Shown here: positions 32,505-42,170 of the stretch, piece after piece
Layout of the letters: every line of letters starts with the position of its first letter
How positions within the stretch are numbered: the first letter of the stretch is position 1
Assembly: GCA_963665115.1 (NCBI GenBank)
Contig: OY762007.1
Coordinates: 3,520,001 to 3,584,000, forward strand
Direction of reading: 5' to 3'
From: an uncultured Rivularia sp.
GTDB taxonomy: Bacteria; Cyanobacteriota; Cyanobacteriia; Cyanobacteriales; Nostocaceae
Length of the DNA stretch: 64,000 nt
Translations under genes and position numbers: made by a program
Notes under the pieces: generated by a model
Told to the model about the DNA's origin: nothing
The model's database searches: none
The model's input: the letters and a program-made list of their open reading frames with translations, nothing else

Positions 32505-33608
32505 ATGGGCAAATTAAATATTCTTATGCTGGGTGCTAGCCTGGAACAAAATGGAGGGATAGCAACTGTTGAAAAACTCATACTCCAACACGCTACTAAG
32601 GATGTTGAGTTTCAGCATATAACCAGCCATGACGAAGGTACAATTCTTCATAGAATAAAGGTTTTCATCAAAGCTTTTGCCGTACTTTTATGGAATTTAG
32701 TAAGTAGCAAATCCGATCTAATACACGTCCATATTTCAGACGGTGGTAGCTTGGTAAGAAAAGCAATCATTGTAATAATCGCTTTTCTTTTTAATAAACC
32801 CGTATTGATACACGCACACGGGGCTGAATTTCAAGTAACTTACTCTAAACTTCCTAAACTAGCGCAGCTTTTTTTCAGTAAAATATTTCGTTGCTGCGAT
32901 GATTTTATTGTTCTTTCCAAAACCTGGCAAGAATATTATATAAACAACTTAGGCTTAAACGAAAAACAAGTTGTTATTTTGCCGAATCCCACTGAATTAC
33001 CCGCTCAAATTCCCGATAGAACAAATACTTCATCTATTAAATTTGGCTTTTTTGGAAGAGTAGGTGCGCGTAAAGGAACATTTGATTTAATTAAAGCCTT
33101 CGCTCAAATTCCAGATACTTCAAAATCTGAATTAATTATCGCCGGAGATGGAGATATTGAAGAAGCGCGTAATTTAGCCAAAAGTCTCAACCTAGAAAAC
33201 AAAGTTCAATTTCTTGGTTGGATAGACTCTCAAACTAGAGATAAATTACTCGCTAATATCGACGTATTTGTTTTACCTTCTTACAACGAAGGTTTACCAA
33301 TGGCTCTTTTAGAAGCAATGGGTTGGGGCTTACCTGTTATAGTCACGCCAGTAGGTGGTATCCCTGAATTAATTACTTCCACAGAGAATGGTTTATTAGT
33401 GAATTCGGGAGATATCCAAAAGCTGTCTGAAGCAATGCAAGCATTGATTGAGAATGAGTCTTTAAGAATCTCTTTAGGAAACGCAGCCAGAGAAACTGTT
33501 ACTCCTTTCGATATCAAAGTTTATTCCTCTCAACTCCATCAAATTTATAACTCTGTATTGGAGTCTAGATCAAAAACTTCTCTTTCACCTGCTGGTGTGG
33601 GACAGTAA
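32505..33608 (+). CDS. Glycosyltransferase family 4
   Basis: FVLPSYNEGLPMALLEAM (EX7E). Confidence 0.92.
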   Translation: MGKLNILMLGASLEQNGGIATVEKLILQHATKDVEFQHITSHDEGTILHRIKVFIKAFAVLLWNLVSSKSDLIHVHISDGGSLVRKAIIVIIAFLFNKPVLIHAHGAEFQVTYSKLPKLAQLFFSKIFRCCDDFIVLSKTWQEYYINNLGLNEKQVVILPNPTELPAQIPDRTNTSSIKFGFFGRVGARKGTFDLIKAFAQIPDTSKSELIIAGDGDIEEARNLAKSLNLENKVQFLGWIDSQTRDKLLANIDVFVLPSYNEGLPMALLEAMGWGLPVIVTPVGGIPELITSTENGLLVNSGDIQKLSEAMQALIENESLRISLGNAARETVTPFDIKVYSSQLHQIYNSVLESRSKTSLSPAGVGQ

Positions 33609-33836
33609 TTAAATTTTGGATTTTGCGGAAAGTTTAGCCTTCATAAGGTGCGCGGGATAAGCGCGTTGAGAGAACGTTGGGGTGTAGATGTTCTTCCCCC
33701 AAAACTTTCCTGCTCCAGATTTTGGATTTTGGATTAAATGTTTTATTTACCTAACACCCAAAGAAACCCGCGTTCTAAAACTAATGCAAGATATCGCATT
33801 AATAAACTCGCAAATTTATTAAATATCGGAGATTAA

Positions 33837-34598
33837 GTGATGAGAATAAATATCTGCGGAGTCAAAATTGACAATTACAGCTTTAATGATGCGGTAGAGC
33901 GCATTATAGATCGTGCTGTTACGGGAGTTATTCCTTCATATGTAGTAACTCCTAATGCACAACACGTTTTGAGTCTTCAGCGCGATGCTAATTTTCGCGA
34001 TATTTACGAAAAAGCTTTTCTAGCGGTACCTGATGGAGTTTCGTTGTTATGGTCTGCTAAATTCTTGCAAACACCCTTAAATGGTCGCGTAAATGGTACG
34101 GATTTGTTTGAAGAATTATCTGCTGTTGCCGAGCAAAAAGGACTGAAAATATTCTTACTGGGTGGTCGTTCTGGTGCTGCTGAAGAGGCTAAAAAAACTT
34201 TGCAAGCAAGACATTCCGACCTAAAAATAGTTGGAACTCACTGTCCACCCTATGGATTTGAATCTCAACCAGAAGAATTAGCGTTAATTAATTCCAAAAT
34301 TAAAGCAGCCGCACCAGATATTCTATTTGTAGGATTGGGCGCTCCCAAGCAGGAAAAATGGATATATGATAATTATCAAGAATTAGGAGTACCTGTTTCT
34401 TTAGGTATTGGAGTCAGTTTTGAATTAGTTGCCAATATGGTACAACGAGCGCCTTTATGGATGCAAAAATGGGGATTAGAATGGTTGTTCCGCTTGATTG
34501 TTGAACCAAAACGTTTATGGAAGCGTTACGTTATGGGAAATCCCCAGTTTATGTGGTTAGTACTCAAGCAACGACTTGGCTTTTACAAGCTTGCTTAG
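33837..34598 (+). CDS. WecB/TagA/CpsF (GT26) glycosyltransferase
   Basis: VVTPNA, PDG, GLGAPKQE and GLEWLFRL...EPKRLWKRY motifs. Confidence 0.93.
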   Translation: MMRINICGVKIDNYSFNDAVERIIDRAVTGVIPSYVVTPNAQHVLSLQRDANFRDIYEKAFLAVPDGVSLLWSAKFLQTPLNGRVNGTDLFEELSAVAEQKGLKIFLLGGRSGAAEEAKKTLQARHSDLKIVGTHCPPYGFESQPEELALINSKIKAAAPDILFVGLGAPKQEKWIYDNYQELGVPVSLGIGVSFELVANMVQRAPLWMQKWGLEWLFRLIVEPKRLWKRYVMGNPQFMWLVLKQRLGFYKLA

Positions 34599-34611
34599 GA
34601 ATTAATTATCT

Positions 34612-35788
34612 ATGTCTAAAAAAATGTTGACTAGACGAAAATTTTTATTTAGTCTAGGTGCTTTAACAACTATGGGTGCAGTGCTATTAGGTAAAGATGA
34701 GTTAAAACGTCAGCAAATTCTGGCTTTAGACGATCCAAATTGTGAATGCATCAAATATCCTGGTGATGAATCTTTAAGAGAAACGTGCTGCTAAGAAAAA
34801 TATTCTTTTTGGAACAGCCATACGCCATCCATTGCTTTTAACTGACAAAGAATATACCCAAAGCTTAATTAAAGAATGCTCAATATTGGTTTCAGAATGG
34901 GGATTTAAATGGCACGTCAACCCGAAAGCCTTACGTCCGACAGTCGAATCTTTTGACTTTACTGCCGCAGACAAAATGTTTAATTTTGCCCGCAGTCACG
35001 GTATGGAAGTTAGGGGACATACCTTAGTCTGGTATATCTCCTTGCCCCCTTGGTTTGAAAGTACAGTCAACCAACAAAATGCTAAACATTTTCTAGAAAA
35101 ACATATTCAAACCGTTGTCGGACGTTACCAAGGAGAAATGCATTCTTGGGATGTAGTCAATGAAGCTATCGAACCAAGAGACGGACATCCTGACGGTTTA
35201 AGAAAAACGCCGTGGTTGGAATTTTTAGGAGAAGATTATATAGATATTGCTTTTCGTTTAGCACATGAAGCAGATCCGAAAGCGATGTTGGTTTATAACG
35301 ATTATGGTTTAGTTTACGACGCACCGGAAGATGAAGCAAAACGAAACGCCGTAATTAAACTTTTAAAACGGTTAAAATCTCAAGGAACTCCCATTCATGC
35401 TTTAGGTGTTCAAGCTCATTTAGATGGCAGCGAAAGCAATTTTAATCCGAAGATATTAAAAGATTTTTTTGCTCAAGTTGCCGATATGGGTTTGAAAATC
35501 ATGATTACCGAACTCGACGTTAAAGACAAAGATTTACCAAGGAATGTACAAGTACGCGACAGAATAGTTGCTAAAGCCTACAGTGACTATCTAAAAGTTG
35601 CTTTGGAACAGCCAGCAGTTATTGCCGTTTTGACTTGGGGATTAAATGACCAACATAGTTGGCTGAATGAGTTTCAACCCCGAGATGACGGCGCACCTGT
35701 TCGTCCTCTACCGCTGGATATGGATGGCAAACGCAAATTTGCTTGGAATGCGATCGCGCGTGCTTTTGATGCAGCACCAAGTCGCTAA
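34612..35788 (+). CDS. Tat-exported GH10 glycoside hydrolase (apparent +1 frameshift at A-run 34781-34783)
   Basis: TRRKFL twin-arginine signal; RGHTLVW, WDVVNE, YNDY, QAH and ITELDV motifs. Removing one A gives SLRERAAKKNILFG. Confidence 0.88.
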
Positions 35789-36114
35789 ATTAAATTTGGC
35801 TTTGATTGCATTTCTTCAACACTTAAGGCGATCGCCAAGTAAGCTAATTAATGTTCTTATAGTATTTTTTTAATTATGATTATTTTAATTCTGTGATGCG
35901 AGTATTTTATCCGCCTTTTTTGTGAGTTAAAATATCATGATTAAATAGTAATATATCATGCAAATATCTTAGTATTCACTACTTATTACTTATTTTCGTT
36001 ATTGTCTGTTTTGCTACGAGAATACTTAAATCCTTTGTAGTTGATATTAAGTTATAAATATATTTATTTTATTACTGTAAAAAAATATTTTTATACGATT
36101 TTAAACAATTATCA

Positions 36115-36138
36115 GTGTCACAATGATGTCACATAATT
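36115..36138 (+). promoter_or_regulatory. Putative TGTCAC direct-repeat operator upstream of the priming sugar transferase
   Basis: GTGTCACAATGATGTCACATAATT, ending ~45 bp before the ATG at 36182. Confidence 0.55.
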
Positions 36139-36181
36139 TAATTATAGTTTAAGTAGAAATAACCAAGAAGTTATCAAAAAT

Positions 36182-37627
36182 ATGTCTTTTGTTAGTGAGT
36201 TATCAGGGAACAGCAACCTTCTCGATTTAAGGGCACCATCTTTAACACAATTACGCAAGAGAGTCGGTGCAATATGGCTTCGCATAATAACCCTTGTTGT
36301 AGTAGATGGAATAGGTTTGGGATTAGCCTGGAAGATGGCAGAAACCTACAGCAGAAAGTCTAATATTGAATGGGTTGAGCAAGACAATTTATTTTTTATT
36401 TTGTCAACTATCGTGATTCAAATTTGTCTGATTGCAACTCAAGGATTATACGAAGCTGGAGAAAAGCGGCGCGACTATTTTAACTTGAGCAAAACTATAA
36501 CATTCTCCTACTTTTTACTATTGCTTTTTGGATATCTGTATTTACAAAACGATTTCTTTCCTAGAGCAACCTTTATTACAGTATGGCTGTCGAGCATCGC
36601 CATTATTTGTTCGGGAAGATTTATGATGAATGCTGTTATTATGCGGCTTCGTAAACAAAACTTAATCACCTGCCCCACATATTTAATATGTTTGCCAGAA
36701 GATAAAAGTAAAGCAGTCAAGCTATTAGATAAAGAAAACTGTTACAATCTTGTAGGTTGGAAAAACGTTAATTCAATCTCTTCATCTAAAGGTCATTTAG
36801 CTGCCACCGTAGAAGAAATTATCCGTCAAGGAGTAGCAGAAGTATTTGTCTGTTCTTGGCAGTCTATAGAAAGTAGAATGTATCTTTACTGGAAGTTACG
36901 AAATGCTGGCGTTATCTTGCACATTTTGCCGATTGAACTACAGGCTATGGAGCAAAGATTGGAATTAAAAATGCTTGGTGGTATCCCAATCTTGAATTTT
37001 TTGCCACCAACTATTACTGGGAGTGATTTCCGGGTAAAACGGTACTTTGATTTTTGTAGTTCGGCACTGTTTATTTTATTTGCTTCACCAATTTATCTTT
37101 TGATTGCGTTACTAATCAAATTTGATTCTTCAGGCCCAATTTTTTACAAACAAACTCGCATTGGTTTGCATGGAAAACCCTTCAAAGTGTGGAAATTCCG
37201 CACAATGGTAACGAATGCAGATGAATTACAAAAACAGTTAGAAGCACGTAACGAAAATAAAGATGGAATTCTCTTTAAAATAAAAGACGATCCACGCATT
37301 ACCAAAGTAGGAAAGTTTCTCCGCCAGTATAGTTTGGATGAATTACCTCAATTATTTAACGTTCTTTTTAGAGAAATGAGTTTAGTTGGTCCTCGTCCTT
37401 TGCCTGTAAGAGATGTGGAGAAGTTTTCGAGCCACCACTTCATCCGTCAAGAAGTTCTCCCCGGAATTACAGGTTTATGGCAAATCTCCGGCCGCTCAGA
37501 TATTATTGATTTTGAGAAAGTGATTGACTTAGATAAAACCTACATGGAAAACTGGTCACTTTCATTGGATTTGCAGATTATTCTTCAAACAGTCAAAGTT
37601 ATTTTGGATAAAAAAGGAGCTTATTAA
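36182..37627 (+). CDS. Priming undecaprenyl-phosphate sugar transferase (WcaJ/WbaP type)
   Basis: KFRTM, DPRITKVG, LDELPQLFNV, MSLVGPRP and PGITGLWQ motifs. Confidence 0.94.
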   Translation: MSFVSELSGNSNLLDLRAPSLTQLRKRVGAIWLRIITLVVVDGIGLGLAWKMAETYSRKSNIEWVEQDNLFFILSTIVIQICLIATQGLYEAGEKRRDYFNLSKTITFSYFLLLLFGYLYLQNDFFPRATFITVWLSSIAIICSGRFMMNAVIMRLRKQNLITCPTYLICLPEDKSKAVKLLDKENCYNLVGWKNVNSISSSKGHLAATVEEIIRQGVAEVFVCSWQSIESRMYLYWKLRNAGVILHILPIELQAMEQRLELKMLGGIPILNFLPPTITGSDFRVKRYFDFCSSALFILFASPIYLLIALLIKFDSSGPIFYKQTRIGLHGKPFKVWKFRTMVTNADELQKQLEARNENKDGILFKIKDDPRITKVGKFLRQYSLDELPQLFNVLFREMSLVGPRPLPVRDVEKFSSHHFIRQEVLPGITGLWQISGRSDIIDFEKVIDLDKTYMENWSLSLDLQIILQTVKVILDKKGAY

Positions 37628-37777
37628 AGAAAGTGTTGTTGCACGAATTCCTTTATAAAAGCGGGTTATTTGACTATCAAAAGAATCATTAATTTTTAAA
37701 TAATGTAGAGATGGATGTAAACAACCTCTCTATATTTTTTTATTAACTAAAATAATCAGTAATCAGTATAAAAAGGT

Positions 37778-37830
37778 TCGTAATAGCGCTTCAGCGCTTC
37801 TTGTGCGGAGGCGCTGAAGCGCTACTACGA
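37778..37830. repeat. Dispersed palindromic repeat (TCGTAGTA...TACTACGA family)
   Basis: TCGTAATAGCGCTTCAGCGC...GCGCTGAAGCGCTACTACGA. Degenerate copies at about 43870-43913, 48445-48505 and 60493-60549. Confidence 0.75.
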
Positions 37831-37877
37831 GCCGATGAATTATTTATTTCCAATTTACTAAAATTTTCATCTTACAA

Positions 37878-38609
37878 CTAATCTCCCTGGGGATACTCAT
37901 CCCATAAAGATGTTATTTCGCGTAAACTTTCAAAATCCCCGTCACCGAGTATTAAATGGTCTATCAAAGGAATTTGCAAAAATTGCGCTCCTCCCAATAG
38001 TTGACGAGTTAGTTCAATATCTTCTGGGCTGGGTTCGAGGTTTGCTGAAGGGTGGTTGTGTGCCACTATTAAACGAGTTGCACCTTGACGTATCACTTCC
38101 CTAAATATCTCGCGAGGGGGTGCTAAAGTTTCTGTTGCGGTTCCAATCGTAATTACTTGAGTTCCTAATAGACGATTTTTGACATCTAATAGCACTACTG
38201 CAAACCTTTCTTGCTGCTGCCACATCAAATCTTGACTCAATGCAGCCGCCGCAGCTGCCGGACTATCAATTACTGTACCTTCTCCCGGACGAGCTTGGAA
38301 AGTACGCTTACCTAGTTCTATAGCTGCTAAAATCGCTGTTGCCTTAGCCGGGCCAATTCCGGGAATTTTGATTAGCTCCGCAGCATTAATATCTCGTAAA
38401 ACTACCAAAGGCTCACGTTGATGTTTGCCTAATTCCTGCAAGATATATTGTCCCAAACCTACAGCAGACAATTTACCAGCACCTTGCCCCGTACCAAGTA
38501 GAATTGCAATTAACTCAGCAGTAGCTAGAACTTTTGCACCATGAGTTAACAAACGTTCTCGCGGACGCTCGTTTTCAGCCATGTCGGCAATTCTGAGGCA
38601 GTAGGTCAT
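37878..38609 (-). CDS. radC: RadC (JAB domain) protein
   Basis: ERPRERL, HhH-like PGIGPAKA and AHNHPS...PSPED motifs. Confidence 0.93.
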   Translation of the reverse strand: MTYCLRIADMAENERPRERLLTHGAKVLATAELIAILLGTGQGAGKLSAVGLGQYILQELGKHQREPLVVLRDINAAELIKIPGIGPAKATAILAAIELGKRTFQARPGEGTVIDSPAAAAAALSQDLMWQQQERFAVVLLDVKNRLLGTQVITIGTATETLAPPREIFREVIRQGATRLIVAHNHPSANLEPSPEDIELTRQLLGGAQFLQIPLIDHLILGDGDFESLREITSLWDEYPQGD

Positions 38610-38870
38610 AGATAAACTAGGGAATAACAATCATAGGTGTACCTACTTTTAGTTATCCCAGTTTGACCCGGAAAAGTTATCAATAGATCGGTAAATGTTT
38701 AAAATTTTTTAGATAGGGGAGAGGGGGAAGAGGGGGGAGATGGGGAGAGTGAGGAAATGAAGAAGATAAGTAAGAGGCGAATAGCTAACTTATCATTAGG
38801 GAGCAAGATGCTCCCACTACGGAAATAATTGGAAAAGAGATACTATCTTTCCCTATGTGCAATCTATTAT

Positions 38871-39830
38871 CTAAACCTTGGCTGGCAAACCTTCTTGAGA
38901 CATTTGTGTTGCTTTGAGCATATGGTAGGTGATTAACAATTGGGTAAGAGCTAATGGGTAGCTTTGGATACTTTCGCCAGTGGTTCCGGCGACTTTACCT
39001 AACTCTGGATTACTTTCGCGATCGCAAACATTCTTCAAGTTAGGCATATCAGAACAAATAACTTGCTCTAATCTATTCACCTGTTCTAATGTAGCGTGTC
39101 CATCAACTTCTAAAACGTCAACGGGTTTGCTCATATCTCTATCTAAATCTAAGCGAATTGCTGACATGGAACTACCATTCCCAGAACTGACAATTTGCGT
39201 AAAATCTGGGTGGGGAATTGTTGGACGTAATACCAAACGTACATTTAAATGCCCATTGCTTTCCTTTGAATCATCCTTTGGAGGATAAAAACTTACCACG
39301 ATATCAGACCATTGACGTTGGGGACGGATAAACTTTTCTGAATCTGGTTCGCGCCCTTGGAGTGCCTTTAAAACCTGTTCTTCTGTATAACCGCGCTTTT
39401 GAGTATCCCGTTTAACTTTCCAACTTGCACGTAAGGATTCTGGGGGAGCTAGATAAACTTTGACATCGTAACATTCTCTTGCTTTACGAGTCGAATAACC
39501 CAGCAATCCTTCTACTATCACGAATTTGTTGGGCTTTATATATTCAGGTGCATCTAAACTACCAGTTGTATGATTGTAAATTGGCTTGAGAATTGGTAGC
39601 CCATTCCGCAACTGTGAAAGGTGTTGCTGCATAATATCTAAATAATTGCAGTCAGGATCTAAAGCAGTAATCCCAATTTCCGCACGCTGCTTGCGATCGT
39701 ACCGATGATAATCGTCCGTACAAATAACGGTAACATTTTCCGGACCTAATACTTGTGCGATGCCTTTAGTTAAAGTTGTTTTACCCGCAGCACTGTCACC
39801 TACAATACCCAATATAATCGGACGAGTCAT
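38871..39830 (-). CDS. Phosphoribulokinase-like protein (PRK paralogue)
   Basis: GDSAAGKTT P-loop; DDYH; KPIYNH; RDTQKRGY; FIRPQR. Confidence 0.85.
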   Translation of the reverse strand: MTRPIILGIVGDSAAGKTTLTKGIAQVLGPENVTVICTDDYHRYDRKQRAEIGITALDPDCNYLDIMQQHLSQLRNGLPILKPIYNHTTGSLDAPEYIKPNKFVIVEGLLGYSTRKARECYDVKVYLAPPESLRASWKVKRDTQKRGYTEEQVLKALQGREPDSEKFIRPQRQWSDIVVSFYPPKDDSKESNGHLNVRLVLRPTIPHPDFTQIVSSGNGSSMSAIRLDLDRDMSKPVDVLEVDGHATLEQVNRLEQVICSDMPNLKNVCDRESNPELGKVAGTTGESIQSYPLALTQLLITYHMLKATQMSQEGLPAKV

Positions 39831-40110
39831 TTTACCACCTTCACTTAGCAGAGAACGTAATTTAAAATTGTGTACTAATTTACTAATTGTAGGGATTAAT
39901 GAGAAACAACTCAATAAGTATTAAGAGATGCTTCGGTAGATAGAAGCACGTAAGTGACAATTAGATCGGTTAACATCAAGCTTATTTATGCTATGCAAAG
40001 ATTTTTATCTAATTGTGTCAATTGATTAATGCACAAGAAATTAAGCAGAATAATCATGACATTCACCTCTAACCTTTAACCTTTAACCTTTGACCTTTGA
40101 CCTCTAACCT

Positions 40111-41998
40111 TTAACCTGATTTCCTATATCCCCTCGGTGTAATCATCCATTCCCCATAACTACGAGTGCTTTGATTCCCAATCAAAACGGTAGTTAACAT
40201 ATCAACTGGTACATCCAATAATTTCTCTAAAGTAGTTATAGTAATTTGTTCGTCTTCGCGGTAAACCGATCGCACTACAGCTACTGGGGTATCGGGATTG
40301 CGATGCTTAAGAAAGATTTCTCTAGCTTCAGCTAACTGCTGAGTACGAGTTTTAGATTTGGGATTATACAAAGCAGTAACAAAATCCGCTGCTGCGGCTG
40401 CTTCTAAACGCTTAACAATTACCTCCCAAGGAGTAAGTAAATCGCTTAAACTGACAGCACAAAAATCGTGCATTAGCGGAGTACCAACTCTTGCAGCAGC
40501 CGATTGAAAAGCGCTAACTCCTGGAAATACCTCAACGCTGGGACATTTACCATCCCAACCGCTAGCCTGTAAGTCTTCCATCACTAAACCAGCCATACCG
40601 TAAATACCACTATCCCCAGAAGATATAACCGCTACAGTCAAACCCCAAGATGCTAACTCAATTGCACGAGTCGCGCGATCGCGTTCTTTTGTAATCGGCA
40701 AAGCTTCTACGATTTGGTGCTTTCCGAGGATAGGGGCAATCAAATCGATATACAAACCATAACCAATAACTGCATCGGCGCTAGCTACCGCTGTTTGTGC
40801 CGCTGGGGTCATTTGTTCGAGGTTTCCCGGCCCGGTTCCCACTAGCAGTAATTTACCAACTTTACCGATGTATTCTTTTTTTGATTGAGCTATAGCAACT
40901 GTGACTGCACCCTTCTGATTTTGGTTTGAAGGGCGATAAATTTGTTTGGGTACTTGTAGAGACGCGAGATTTTGGCACGTTTGGTTGGCAGCGATAATTG
41001 CAGCAGCTTCGGCAACGCTGGGGGTTTCCTACTTCTTTTTCCACAACTTGGGAAGGATTGGGTACCGTTACCGTACTGAGAATTTCAGATGGGAAGGTTT
41101 TTAAAGGTAAATTCCGCTCGTGACAAAGTTCTAATAAACCAACTTCATCAGCTTTTATGTCAATTGTGGCAATACCCGCGATAGCAGCAAGTGCAAGTTG
41201 ATTTTCTTGAAATACTTTATCGATCGCGTCGGCAATTACCTGTTTTGATGTATTTCTTTCACAACCAATTCCCACCCATAAGACTCGGGGATGCCAAGTG
41301 ATGAAAGGGAGAGGGGGGGAGGGGGAGAGGGGGAGAGAGGGGGAAGATTTATGAGTTATATAGATTTTAGCTTTTGTGGTTGGCGATTCGTTGAATTTGA
41401 AGGGATGCAATTTAGGTAGATGATTTTGCCATAAGGTTGAACCAACTTCTTGAATTACTTCTACATCTTCACCTTTTGCAACTGCTGCACTCACGGCATT
41501 CCAATCACCTTCGCCGCGACACCATCCGAAAGGAACACCCAACATATCTACCGCAGGTAATCCCAAACCGTTGGAAGCGCCGGTTAAAACGGGTGTTGCA
41601 CCAAGTTGCAGAGCAATCAATTGCGTCAATTTATCGGCACCACCTTGATGTCCACCACATAAACTAATTACAAATTTTCCAGTTTCATCTACTACTACGA
41701 CTGCTGGATCTGTTGACTTGCTTTTTAATAAATCTGAAATGAGTCGAACTACAGCACCAGTAGCTAAACAGAAAACAAAAGCTTGATGATTATTCCATAA
41801 ATTAGCTACGTGGTTTTTCAGGGAATCTTTGTATGTTTTTGAGTTACTTGTTTCAGATAAAGATTCTGGAACCCACAAAGTATTATCTTGGTTTTGGCAA
41901 AGGGTTTGAAGTTTCTTTGCACCAGTGGGAGTAGTGGCAATAAAGGCAATGGGAGAGAATTCGGTGAAGAGCAATTTGAGTTTCCTGTTAGCTGACAA
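40111..41998 (-). CDS. cobJ: CbiG-CobJ(CbiH) fusion, precorrin-3B C17-methyltransferase (apparent +1 frameshift near 41025)
   Basis: CbiG motifs DPAVVVVDE, GGHQGGA and GIGCER. Removing one base gives VGTPSVAEAAA...GAVTVAIA running without a stop into LVGTGPG, SSGDSGIYGMAG, HDFCAVSLSD and ITPRGY. Confidence 0.9.
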
Positions 41999-42170
41999 GA
42001 TTATTTAAATATTTTCTCATGCCAATTATCTATATTTAAATTAATAAAGTTATCAATATGTTCTTTGAGAAGCCAGTTCATTACATTCATAAAATACAAT
42101 TTTCCCAAATTTGATTGTGCAAAAAAATAATGGTGCGTCGCCTTCCGCGACAACACACCCTCGCTAACTA

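Noticed and set aside
37878..38609. radC as a marker of an integrative element
   Set aside because: Full-length chromosomal type with N-terminal HhH region; no integrase or conjugation genes nearby.
41998..42170. Cobalamin riboswitch upstream of cbiG-cobJ (also looked for upstream of the COG0523 gene)
   Set aside because: No B12-box or GGGAA...GCCACTG core found; the regions are AT-rich.
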